The position numbers and the translations under genes were made by a program. A model generated the notes under the pieces. The model was not told the origin of the DNA and did no database searches. It worked only from the letters and a program-made list of their open reading frames with translations. Shown one piece after another: positions 11,102 to 21,429 of a stretch of 33,229 nt of DNA (the stretch's first letter is position 1; every line of letters begins with the position of its first letter). The stretch is from the NCBI GenBank assembly GCA_026025795.1, contig JAPEUG010000179.1, positions 1-33,229 on the forward strand, given 5' to 3'. Origin of the DNA: Thelocarpon superellum (Eukaryota).

Positions 11102-13478
11102 TCACAGCACCGCCGCAAAGACGGCCGCCACACCGGCCAGCGCCGCCACGGCAGGCTTGTTCATCGAGGCCGCGCCAGTGAAGGCCGGGAGCGGTGGGCC
11201 GGTCGGCTTGGCGAAGCCTGTCGACGCAGCGACACCCGGGACCGACGCGGCGACGGGAGCGACGCTGGTGGCCGGGGGGGCCTCCGATTCTGGTGCGGCC
11301 GATTCGGGCGCCGTCGAGGCTACGGGCGCGGCGGAAGATGCAGCTGGTGCCGCAGAAGATCCGACGGGCGCCGCAGCCGGCGCGGCCGAGGAAGCCACAG
11401 GCGCCGCCGAGGAAGCCAAGGGAGCAGCGGACTCGGGGGCGGCCGAGGAAGCCACAGGCGCCGCCGAGGAAGCCAAGGGAGCAGCGGACTCGGAGGCGGC
11501 CGAGGACCCGGCGGGCGCCGCCGAGGATACGGGAAGGGGCACAACCGTAGCCGTGGATACGACCGGCGCTTCCGACGTGGGAGCAGCGGTCGAGACGGGC
11601 GCAGCGGAGGCGGGAGCCGAGGACGCAGGGAGCGTCACCACCGACACCGAGCTGCTGAAGACGCTCGTGTAGGCCACCGTGTGCGTGAGCGTGACCGGGG
11701 TGCTGTAGGTGCTGCTGGCCGAGGTGTACGTCGACATCTTGACCGGGCATGTTGTCGTGTAAAGGACCGTCGTCAACGTGGTGTACACGGTCGATTCCAC
11801 CGGCGCCGCCGACGAAGGCTGCGACACAGGCGCCGCCGACACTGACGGCGACGACGACTGCGACACAGGCGCAGCGCTCGGCGTGATGGTCGAGGTCGTC
11901 GGGATGCTCGTCAGCGTGGTGTACGTGACGGTCGACGTCAGCGTCACTGGCGACGTGATGACGCTGTGGGCCGAGGTGAGCGTCGTGTACGTGACCGGGC
12001 AGGTCGTCGTCGTCAGCACCGTGGTGAAGGTGGTGTAGTAGATCGTCGGCGTCACGCTGTAGATGGTCGTCGGCGTAATGGTCACCGTCGTCGGCGAGTG
12101 CGTCACCACGGTCGAGGTCGTCGAGTAGGTGTTGGTGTAGGTCGTGCCGTTGGCCGATACCGTCTCCGTGACCGGGCACGTCGTGACATAGGCCGTCGTC
12201 ACCAGCGACTCCGTCGTGTAGAACTCCGTCGTCGACTCCGCCGTCACGGGCGCGGCCGAGGCCGTGTAGGTGACGGTGGGCGTGATGACTTCCGTCGTTG
12301 GCGCCACCGAGATGACCGTCGACGTGGTCGAGAAGACCGAGGTGTAGGTGCTGCCAGACTCCGAGATCGTCGTGGTCACCGGGCACGTCGTCACGAACGC
12401 AGTGGTGGACAGGTACGTGGTGGTGACGAGGGTCGACGTAGTGTCGACTTCAGAGGCAGGCTGAAGGAGTTAGCGAAAGAACAGCTGCGCTCCGGGAGAC
12501 CAGACTCACCAGGGACGTCGTCGCTGTGGCCGTGGGCGTCACAATCACCGTCGTGGGGATCTCCTGCGTGGCAGTGGATGTCGTCAAGAAGGTCGAGGTG
12601 TAGGTGCTACCGCTCTCCGTTACTGTCGTCGTCACTGGACAGGTCGTCAGGAAGGTCGTCGTCGTCGTCGAGACCGTCGTGTACACGTCCGAGGTGACGC
12701 TGGTGACCGAGGCCGGGAGCACCGTCGTGGCCGTATCCGTGGGCGTGACGTATTCCGTCGCGGAGACATCGGTCGTCACCGTGGACGTGGACGTGTAAGT
12801 CGAGGTCAAGATCGAGCCACCGATCGTGATCGTCGTCGTCTTTGGGCACTTGGTGATGAAGGTCGTCTTCGAGTTGGTTGTCGTAGTGTACGCCTCGTCC
12901 GTGACGCTGGTCGTCTGCGTGGGCTGGAGCTCCCGTTAGCCGTGAGAATCGAGGATGCCCTTCGTGGCCATGTCCCGGACTCACCAATGACGTCGTCGTG
13001 GTGAGGGTGGGGGTGATGTAGTCAGTCGCATACACATCCGTCGTCACAGTGGAGATGGTGGTGTAGGTCGTGGTGATGGTGACGCCACCCTGGGTCTGCG
13101 TGGCGGTCACGGGGCAGGTCGTGACATAGGTCGTCCTGGTCAGGGTCTCCGTGGTGGGCTGCACCTGGGTGGTGGAGGTGGTGGTCGGCTTGGCCGTGTA
13201 ATGGTCGCAGCCGCCAACGCAGCTAGTCACCGTGGCCGTGGACGTCGTCCACGCCGTCACGACCCACGTGTTGTCCCCCTGGGTGGTGGAGGTGACGTAG
13301 GGGCAGGTAGTGATGGTGGTGTAGGTGGTCATGGTCACGCTGCCAGAATGTCAGTCCATCCATCGGGCCCCATGAACGGAGAGAATCATCCATACGTGCT
13401 CTCTGGACCCTCATTGATGTCGTGAGGGGTGGCCAGGGCCGTGCCGGCCAGGGCCAGAAGCGCCAGGGAGAACTTCAT
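11102..13478 (-). CDS. GPI-anchored Thr/Ser-rich cell-wall protein (adhesin/flocculin-like) with TTCP repeats, about 736 aa; exons 13478-13396, 13339-12985, 12923-12510, 12460-11102
   Basis: Signal peptide MKFSLALLALAGTALA; eight T-[TK]-C-P motifs; SSAAP stalk; GPI-type end FTGAASMNKPAVAALAGVAAVFAAVL. Three canonical introns (56, 61, 49 nt) join the frames. Confidence 0.92.
11382..11506. repeat. 57-nt near-perfect tandem duplication (about 2.2 copies) encoding the 19-aa unit ESAAPLASSAAPVASSAAP
   Basis: Unit gcggccgaggaagccacaggcgccgccgaggaagccaagggagcagcggactcgg starts at 11382 and 11439, with a partial copy at 11496. Confidence 0.92.
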
Positions 13479-14911
13479 GTTCACGATGTGGAACGAGCGT
13501 AGGAAGCGAAAAGTAACAAGGTGGTCGAGGGGTAATTAAAGAAACACGCAAACGCAAGGACCGGGTCCGGAGGAAGGATCGTGGGCAGCAGAACCGTAGC
13601 GAAGGAGTTCGTGCTGTGAGAGAAAGAGGTTGGACGCAAAGGAAAGTGAGTGGGCTGGAAGCACGAATGGATCAGAGTGAATGAAACGAGACAAGGGAGG
13701 TACATAAAGGCCATTGCTCCGATGCGGTGCTCCCGGACGTGCAGGGGAAACAAACGTGCAGTCGCCCGGGCCTCCGGACGGACATCGGGCTCGTGGGCAG
13801 GGGGGCCGGCCGGAGTGCCGCCCGGCCAAGGCTACGACTGGATGAGGGCATGGCGTCGTGGACGAGCCGGGGCCCTGGTGTGGAGGATTCGGTGCAGCAG
13901 CACAGTGCTGGCCGCAGCACGTCGATGGTTGTCGATGCTCCCACTGCCTCTGAGTGGGACCGATGACCGACCTCTGCCGCCGTCAAAAGGTTTAGCGCCA
14001 TGTGGGCAGCATCCGGCCCCCTGGGCTAGCGTATCGCTTGGTCAATTGGCGGTGGCGCCAACCTTCGGGGCCCGCCCAGTGCCCCAGCGCCCGAGAAACC
14101 TTCCAGCGAGAGGACAACCGAGCGGCGACGCGAGCTTGCGCCGTGGCGACGACGGGCAGGGTTCGAGTCGAGTGGCCGGGAGGGGCCCCTGCGGACCACG
14201 AGAAGGCCCTGCCCGCCCACCCGGACCGAGTGCCGACTACTGAGCCTACGGGACTCTACAGGGACTGGGCCCACCCAGCGCGCGACCTGCCCCTCGCCCT
14301 GTTGCACCTTCCCTCGTCCCTTTTCCCCTCTGCCTTTTCCATTCGACCCGGTGCCCCTGGACCCCCATTCACGATACACCCGAAAGTGACGAGAGTGGTC
14401 GGGGTCGCGCAATGCCCGCCCGCTTGTCCGACGGCACCGCATCAGCATCCAGCAGTTACCGTCGCACCACTTGGGGCACGGAAGGTCTGCCTGGCGTCGC
14501 TGACGCGAGCGCTGTAGACATGCAGGCCTGCAGACCAGACAGATGTCGGCAACGTCCACAGGCCACTTGTTGAACCTACTTGTACATCCAGGTACGTGGA
14601 TAGGCGGAGGCGCGATGGTCAGCGCGCTGCCCAGTGGGCACCTGAACCGTGAACGGTTCGGCAGGGAGATTTCGACGCGGGCTCATCTCCGGCCCACCCC
14701 CCTCCGCCCACACGATAGAGTTTGTGGATGAATGCTCTACCGCCTTCCACCGCCGTGTGCCCGTTCGGCGGCCCGACTGGCACCTGCAGGCGTCCCCACA
14801 GAGGCGTTTCAGACGCCGCACCCAAATTGGATCCGCGCGATCTTCGCATATGTAATTGACAGCTTGCACACGAGGATCCGACGACATTATGAGAAATTTA
14901 CGAGCATGTTC

Positions 14912-14936
14912 GCTCATGCGCTCATGCGCTCATGCG
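14912..14936. repeat. (GCTCATGC)x3 tandem repeat in the long intergenic region
   Basis: Read directly. Confidence 0.85.
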
Positions 14937-16995
14937 AGGGACTGACTCGCGGCGTGATTATTATCAAGGTCACACCGCACGGCACCGCAATCCTGGGTGC
15001 ACGATGCCTGTCGACCGGGCTGTGGGCGAGAGTCGGTCGGTGCGTGGGAGGCAGGTGCGGCGGAGACGAGATGGCGGGTGTGCGCCACGAAGCGGTCACT
15101 TGAGTCGTGCTCAGCGCCAACGCATCGCTTGCGCTGTCTTTGACCTAGGGAAGTGGTGTTATTGCCCACCGCCCGCCGCCCACCGCCCGCTGCGTGCTGG
15201 CGGGTGTTGGGCGAGGCCCACGTCGGAAACTCGTCGGAAGCTCGCTTCTGCGACGTTACATTGGGACGACATGGTGGAAGCGCTCATGCATCGCGATCGT
15301 GTTTGTGGACGAAGATAGTAAAAGCCGACAGATATTTTTACTCGACTGCCTTGGGTCAAAGCAGCTGGCGCCTGTGGACAACATTCAAACAGACTGGTGA
15401 GGAGGTGCCTGAACGATTGGTCCGGCCTTGCCATCCATGCTGTTGTCAGCGTCAGCGTCACGACCCTATGGTTGCGCCGACGCCTACTAGGCCGGCCGCC
15501 GTTCGCTGAGCGCGAATGAGGAGAGCGAGTCGCCCCCCTGCCGCACCCCGCTGCGGCGACGTTGATCGGCCGCGGCCAAGCGAAGCAGCTAAAATGGGAC
15601 TAGCGACGCCAACGAACGCCTGCAACGCCGGGTGGCCGTGGGCTTTTTTAGGGGCTGGGGGAGGACAAGGGACCGCGACCTTCTTCCCCAGACTCATCCT
15701 TGCCCACGTCGCCCGATGACGCCTTGCGCGGCGCCTGATTGGTGCATCGGGTGCTCGGGGGGCTTGGGCGCTGCCGTAGGCTGGACAACCCTGCAGCGCA
15801 TCGCTCTCCACACGCCATCCCACCGGATGGTCCACCCGACCGCGCGGCCACACCGGACGTCACGGTGAGGCTCGGGGGAGGCACAGGTCCAACCTGGCGC
15901 TGTGTGTCCTTGGACGAGGAGAAACCGCGTCCATAGATGCCATATCATCTTCGACATCCTCGACTCGGAGCCGGTCTGAAACATCGCTAACCGCACGCGA
16001 GCACGAGCGCGAGCGAGAAAACGCGCCCGGGCAGGCGAGTGGGCACGGCGCGGTGGGCCACTGTTTGCCTTCGCCCGTGCGCGCGCTACCGAGCGCTACC
16101 CACCCGCCAAAAGGTGCATTACTCAACGTCTGGTGTCAATGTCGATCGCTCGCGACCGACGGGCTCTTGGGTCAGGGCGCGAAACAAAAAGCGTTCGTTG
16201 GGCGGAACGGAGATTGCCTCGCTCGCGCCGTCGCGCTTGGGCCAGGTCCGACACTCTCCGAAGCTCTCCGAAGAGGCTCGGTGTGGTACCGGCCGGATGA
16301 TCTCATCCTCGTGCGGTGAGACGTCCCCACGGACGAGGCTCATGGCGCCCAGAATACCAAGGACAAGGTACAGGACCTGGCACGCACGCGCGTGTACCTC
16401 ACTCACGGAGGCTCCCGTGCGACTGTCGTACGCCGAGCCTGAGGATGGAAATATCCAGGATCCCCGTCGCTGGGCTTTTGGCACTGGGGTACCGGCGTGC
16501 TGGTGAGCTCCGTGTACTCGTACCTGGACTGGCCGGCCTTGCCCTCGGCTTTCGTGTGGTTGTGGAGCATTCGATCCGATTGCTGCTGACGGCATTTACT
16601 TAGGCCTCCACGTTCTCCTGTCCCCTGGTCTGCCCGCCGTGCCCTCCCTTCCCGTTCCCCGATGCAAGCCCGCGCCGGCCGCCGCACGCTAGACGGGATG
16701 CCCTGACTAAATCCACTAAGAGAGGGACTAGGATTCCTCCACGACAGGTATGGTCTTGGTCTTATTGTGCCCGTCGATCCCTTTCATACCATACCATGGG
16801 CACTCGAGGACACACGGCGCCATCAGGTATGGTGATGTAGTCACTTGAATGAGTTGCGAACCTTCGCTGACGCTAGACCATTCGGTCTCCTTGAAAACGC
16901 CATGGATGATAGGAAAGGGCATTCATTCAGGGGATCGGGCACAGCCTCAAGCCGCGAGGACCGAGCGACGTGGGCGTCGTCGCGGGATCGATGCT

Positions 16996-18834
16996 TCAGT
17001 CGTCGTCCTCATCGGAACCTGAATCCCATCCGTCTCGGTAGGCCTCTGCGATCTCGCCCAGCCCATTCAAAAGGCTCTCCCGCTCATCCAGACCCACAAC
17101 GCGCTCCACCGCTCGCCTGATCGCGTCGACGCGCTGTCCCGATTGGGTTGTGGTGCTTAAACCAGCACGCACCGGGCGCGCCGCCGGTCGATTCAGCGGC
17201 GCTTGGCCCCCGTCCAGGGAGGGAAAGCTGTCGAGCAAGGGGAACAGAAGATCCGTCCGAAATCTAGATCGATCGTCAGCCCAGCGTACACAAGAGACAA
17301 AGCACGGGAGGCCATGCGGAGGAGACGAAGCCGATGCCAGCCAGGGCAAGAGTCCGAGATCTCTGTATCACACATACCGTGTCAGTAGGGGAGCGTCGGC
17401 ATCGTAGCGGGTCCTTGGTGGTTGGCCGTCCTGATGCACATTCGGATCACCCTCCTCCCCTCGGTCGCGAAACACCTCGACCTGGCCGAAGGTATGACCC
17501 GGTCGTGGTTCTATTGTCGTGGTCTCGTCCATGCCAGCGGAGAGATCCATGTCGAAGTGGGTGAGACATGCAGTAGCCGGATGCGACTGCCCACCAGCCC
17601 TGCTCTCGTGTGCATCTGCCGGGGCCTGTTCGGCTTCTCGTCCATTGAGCTGCAGCTGCGCGATTCTCCGGCGTCGGTCGGGTGTCAAGGTAGCCTCCAT
17701 GTCACCGAGCGTCGGTCGCGTTCTATTTCGGGCGCGCAGACGTGGCGGCAGCAGCATCGTCTCCACGGCCATTGACGTCCAGGCCGATGACTCCCACGCT
17801 GACGTGGCCACCAGAAACGTCTCCGCGACCCGGCCTCCCGGCGGATCGATGAGTGGGACATAGAGCGATGCCTGGGAGGCGATCTCGTCATAGGCCCGAG
17901 CAAGATTGACAGTGCGCTGCCTCTGCTTTTCCTGCATCCAAGTCACTCACATTGCTGGCGACGTTCGAGACATGCGCTTGTGCATTGTCCCGTTGCGGAG
18001 GACGTACCTTGCCCGTCCTCCTGCCATCTTCCGAAGCCCACACCCAGATGCTCGTCTTCCCAAACTCGTCTCGCATGCGATCCATATAGCGCGCCGCAAA
18101 GCCGCCCCAGGCATCGTCCACTCCGGTGAGGACCTGCACGCCTTGCAGCTGATCGCATTCTTCGAGAAAGGGTCGCAGATCCCGGTCCAGCACGTCGTGC
18201 TCCTTGTCGAGCGAGGCAAAGAGGTCTTCACCGGCGCTCCACTTTTCGAAGGGTAGCAGTGCGGAGTGGAGGTCGTACTCGTTCAGCTGGACGATGGAGC
18301 GCGGATGGTAGAAGACCCGATTGAAGTCGGACCAATAACGGACGTCATCGGCGGTGAGCGGCGGAGGCTGGACGCCTTCGTTGAGGCTCCGTTGATACGG
18401 GCTCTCTTCGATCGCAGGCTGCACTTGCGTGGCTGTCGGGCCATCCCTGCCTCCGCCGGCACATCAGCACGCACGCGACAGGGCGCAAGGCTGGTGGAGC
18501 GTACCATAGCCCCTTGGGCATCCCACCCTCCTCTCCAATTTCATAGAGCGCATTGATCTTTTTCAACGAACCAAAGCCACCCTTCAGGTCATAGATGAGG
18601 GTCCTCGGCGTAAAGGTCTCTGTTCCATCTGCTCCGATGCCTGGCCGGAAGAGGATATCATGATCCACGCGCGACTCCTCGTCTGCGGCGTAGGTGAAGT
18701 AGGATTCCTGCCCATGTCTCTCACCATCAGCACATGGGACTGTGATGCCATGGACAACCAACCTGTGTGTTCCAGAAATGGGTGGCTATGTAGTTGCTTC
18801 GCTGCCCAAGCTGGAGCGTCACGATTTCGTGCAT
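16996..18834 (-). CDS. DML1: Protein DML1/misato (tubulin/FtsZ-like, mitochondrial inheritance), about 511 aa; exons 18834-18763, 18707-18505, 18446-18008, 17931-17378, 17263-16996
   Basis: [81 protein letters not shown]. Four GT-AG introns restore a continuous frame. Confidence 0.95.
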
Positions 18835-19133
18835 GGTTGGCGGAGGCGAGGCAGGTTCATGTCTACTTCGTTCGCGCCTCCGTCTGTTGCTTCGGACGGC
18901 GCAATGGCATCGCAGTCGTGGTGGGCCTGATCGCGGGGACGCAAGGACGTTGACGGGATTCTCTCGATTCTATCGCAGCTCCGCCAGATCGTGACATCCT
19001 CGCGTGTCGTCGTCTACCTCAGCAAATGTCAAGCTTGAGATCAACCAGGTCAGCTTCTCCATCCCGGCATCCCCTCTTCCTCTCCCTGCCGTAGTCGTGA
19101 TCTTCAGTAGCTGTCTTCCCATTTTCCACATCC

Positions 19134-19788
19134 ATGATGGGGGGGGAATTACAGTCCTGGCGGCCGTTAAGGCGTCTACAAACCGCCCCAATCCCGCAGG
19201 AGGGCAGCGCGGCACCGTCCAGCCAGCTGGAGATTCCCCGGGCAGATGCGAAGCCCCTCATCATCACCTTCCTACGTCACTGCGGATGTCCATGTGAGTC
19301 TCTCGAGCCCAGTGGCGACTATCTGCCTCCGGGCGGGCCCGCTAGCATAGTCACTGAATTATGCCACGTCAGTCGCCGAGAAGAGCTTCCGGCTGCTACG
19401 TGCCGTGGCCGAACAGCATTCAGACGTCCAATGCCTTGCCGTCTCACACAGTGACAGTGAAGCTACGGCGCGATGGCTGGAGGCGGTCGGCGGTGCGGAG
19501 AAGGTAGAGGTGGTAGTGGACGCCGAACGGTCGCTCTACAGTGCATGGGGACTAGGAGTTTCCGACTGGTGGCATGTGCTGAATCCCAGAAGTATGTGGA
19601 ATGTCGTGCGATTGGGGCGTCAAGATGATATTTGGAATCGACCTACCGAGAGCGGAAGTCGCTGGCAAGAGTCGGGCAGTTTTGGCATTGATGGCCATGG
19701 CCAAGTGAGATGGGTTCAGGTGGCCCACAGTGCGGATGAGATACCTGACTTTGCTCGAGCGATCACGCTGATACAGGAGTCTTCGTAA
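19134..19788 (+). CDS. AhpC/TSA-like (peroxiredoxin-like, thioredoxin-fold) protein, about 191 aa; exons 19134-19293, 19373-19788
   Basis: ITFLRHCGCP-FAEK spans a 79-nt intron; CLAVSHS, LYSAWGLG, GSRWQESGSFGID match the fungal AhpC/TSA-2-like pattern. Divergent from DML1 across about 300 bp. Confidence 0.85.
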
Positions 19789-19954
19789 GTGATGCCTTAA
19801 GCTCGGCGTTCCAGATGGAATGCAGTTGAACTCCAGATGGACGACGGTCTGAACGGAGCATCCCTCTTCTACGTCAGAGTGTCAGGCTACTAGCCTGTCT
19901 CCGTGATTGAGGGTGGGAAGGGCCTCGTTCCACGTGAGCCTACTGGTCGACCTT

Positions 19955-19991
19955 ACGCGTGAGTGGCGTGTTCTTCCCCTTAGCGACGCGT
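19955..19991. promoter_or_regulatory. Two MCB-like elements (ACGCGT at 19955 and 19986) upstream of the RNR inhibitor gene
   Basis: Two exact MluI boxes 31 nt apart, 140-175 nt upstream of ATG 20131; CACGTG at 19931. Confidence 0.45.
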
Positions 19992-20130
19992 TTGCCGTAG
20001 AACCGCTCAACCCCTCGCGCCGCACCATCGTGATCCCCACTGCCTTCCCAGCACCGACAGATCTCGGGCGAGAAGATCGAGACAGCGCATCTGCTTAGGA
20101 CCTGCTCTCGCGCATTCCTCCCTCTCAATC

Positions 20131-20952
20131 ATGGCGGAAGCGGGCCGACAATCCAAGCGCCCCTTCCAACCCAGCATCACCTCGTTCTTCGCCTACCGGG
20201 ATGACGATACGGTCGGGCGAGACCACCCCTCGCGGCGACCGATAGCTTCCGCACACCCATCTCTACCAGCGACGGTGCAGTCATCGCTGCTCAACGTGGG
20301 CATGCGCATCCGCAAATCCGTGCCCGAGGGTTACAAGACCCCATGGAGCTCGACGGCATTTGGCGTTGAGGCGAAAGAGATTGCCTCCTCAAGGGTCGCC
20401 ATTGCAGGCCGCGGCTTCTCGACGATGCAGGCGGAGTTAACACCATACTGCGGCATACTCAAAGTGGGTAGCTACGCCGTCCAGTCGACCTCGCAGCACC
20501 CGGCCTTTGATCTTTCCCCGCCATGCTCTGACGGGGATGATCCGGGGTGGGGAGGTTCTAGCCAGGACTCCATGACCTCGACGGTCTCGACCGATTCTAT
20601 GCCGGCGGCCCCACCCCTCATTTGCGACGGCTCCCACAAGCGACGTCTCGAAGACGAAGATGAAGACGACTTAGGCCAACCGTTGATCTACGAAGACGAC
20701 GATCTCGACCCTGTTGATTTCTTGACAGCGTCAAACCCCCCAGTCGCCATGCCCGATCTCGCCTTCTCGCGGCCGTTGGCGCATCCGCGAGGTCGACGGC
20801 GACGTCAAGTCATCTCGGGCGGCAAAGGGCAACAGTGCGAGGGTCAAGAGAACGCGTGGCGAGGTGGACTCCACCGCGTGGCGGACTTTGACGAGGCGGA
20901 ATTTTTGCAGCCTCTCGGGGAAGTCGCAGAAGTTGAGATGGGTGGTGTCTGA
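20131..20952 (+). CDS. Ribonucleotide reductase inhibitor family protein (Spd1/Dif1-like), 273 aa, intronless
   Basis: HUG-domain signature LPATVQSSLLNVGMRIRKSVPEGYKT; N-terminal PIP-box-like QPSITSFF; C-terminal DFDEAEFL. Confidence 0.85.
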   Translation: MAEAGRQSKRPFQPSITSFFAYRDDDTVGRDHPSRRPIASAHPSLPATVQSSLLNVGMRIRKSVPEGYKTPWSSTAFGVEAKEIASSRVAIAGRGFSTMQAELTPYCGILKVGSYAVQSTSQHPAFDLSPPCSDGDDPGWGGSSQDSMTSTVSTDSMPAAPPLICDGSHKRRLEDEDEDDLGQPLIYEDDDLDPVDFLTASNPPVAMPDLAFSRPLAHPRGRRRRQVISGGKGQQCEGQENAWRGGLHRVADFDEAEFLQPLGEVAEVEMGGV

Positions 20953-21429
20953 TGCATCTCTCAGGACCACCGGAAATCTTCGACTCGCTGTACGAGTATT
21001 TAGTTGATGGTGAAGGGCATTGGGGCTGTGGTTTGGCGTCATCGGTCTCATCATGCTTCTCTAGCAGGTCATCACGGCGACATGGCGGGGAGTTGAGGCT
21101 GCAGACAGGGCACGCCTTTACGAGCTGGGGGCAAGCCACCCACATCGATAAGACTAAGTAGAGAGGTGGATCAGAGTGTATATGAACGATGTCGCGGACG
21201 CGTTAAGGAATCATTGGAGTGGCGAACTCATCCCGGCTAATGGAAGCTGGTCTGCTGGTCGGTTCATTCCTCATGCAGCCGGCAAGTGCCGCCCGAAATT
21301 TGATTAGATGCTATCGCAAGCCTGGCAATCGCCCACCACACCAACTTATCCCGGGACGCAGCTCAACCGACGAAAGATCCGTGGAGAGAAAGATGCACGC
21401 TCCTCCTCGTCGACGCAGATCAGCACAAA

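Noticed and set aside
11001..12697. Long His/Asp-rich and Arg/Gly-rich alternative-frame ORFs (461, 271, 243 aa)
   Set aside because: Off-frame and antisense readings of the Thr/Ser/Ala repeat gene
16119..16595. Minus-strand ORF with hydrophobic VLYLVLGILGAMSLV and a GTGAGT donor at 16406
   Set aside because: The nearest acceptor gives a 30-nt intron with no branch point and leads to an early stop; no recognisable homology
21227..21301. PAC-like CTCATC and RRPE-like GAAATTT upstream of SDA1
   Set aside because: Only short partial cores; not distinguishable from background
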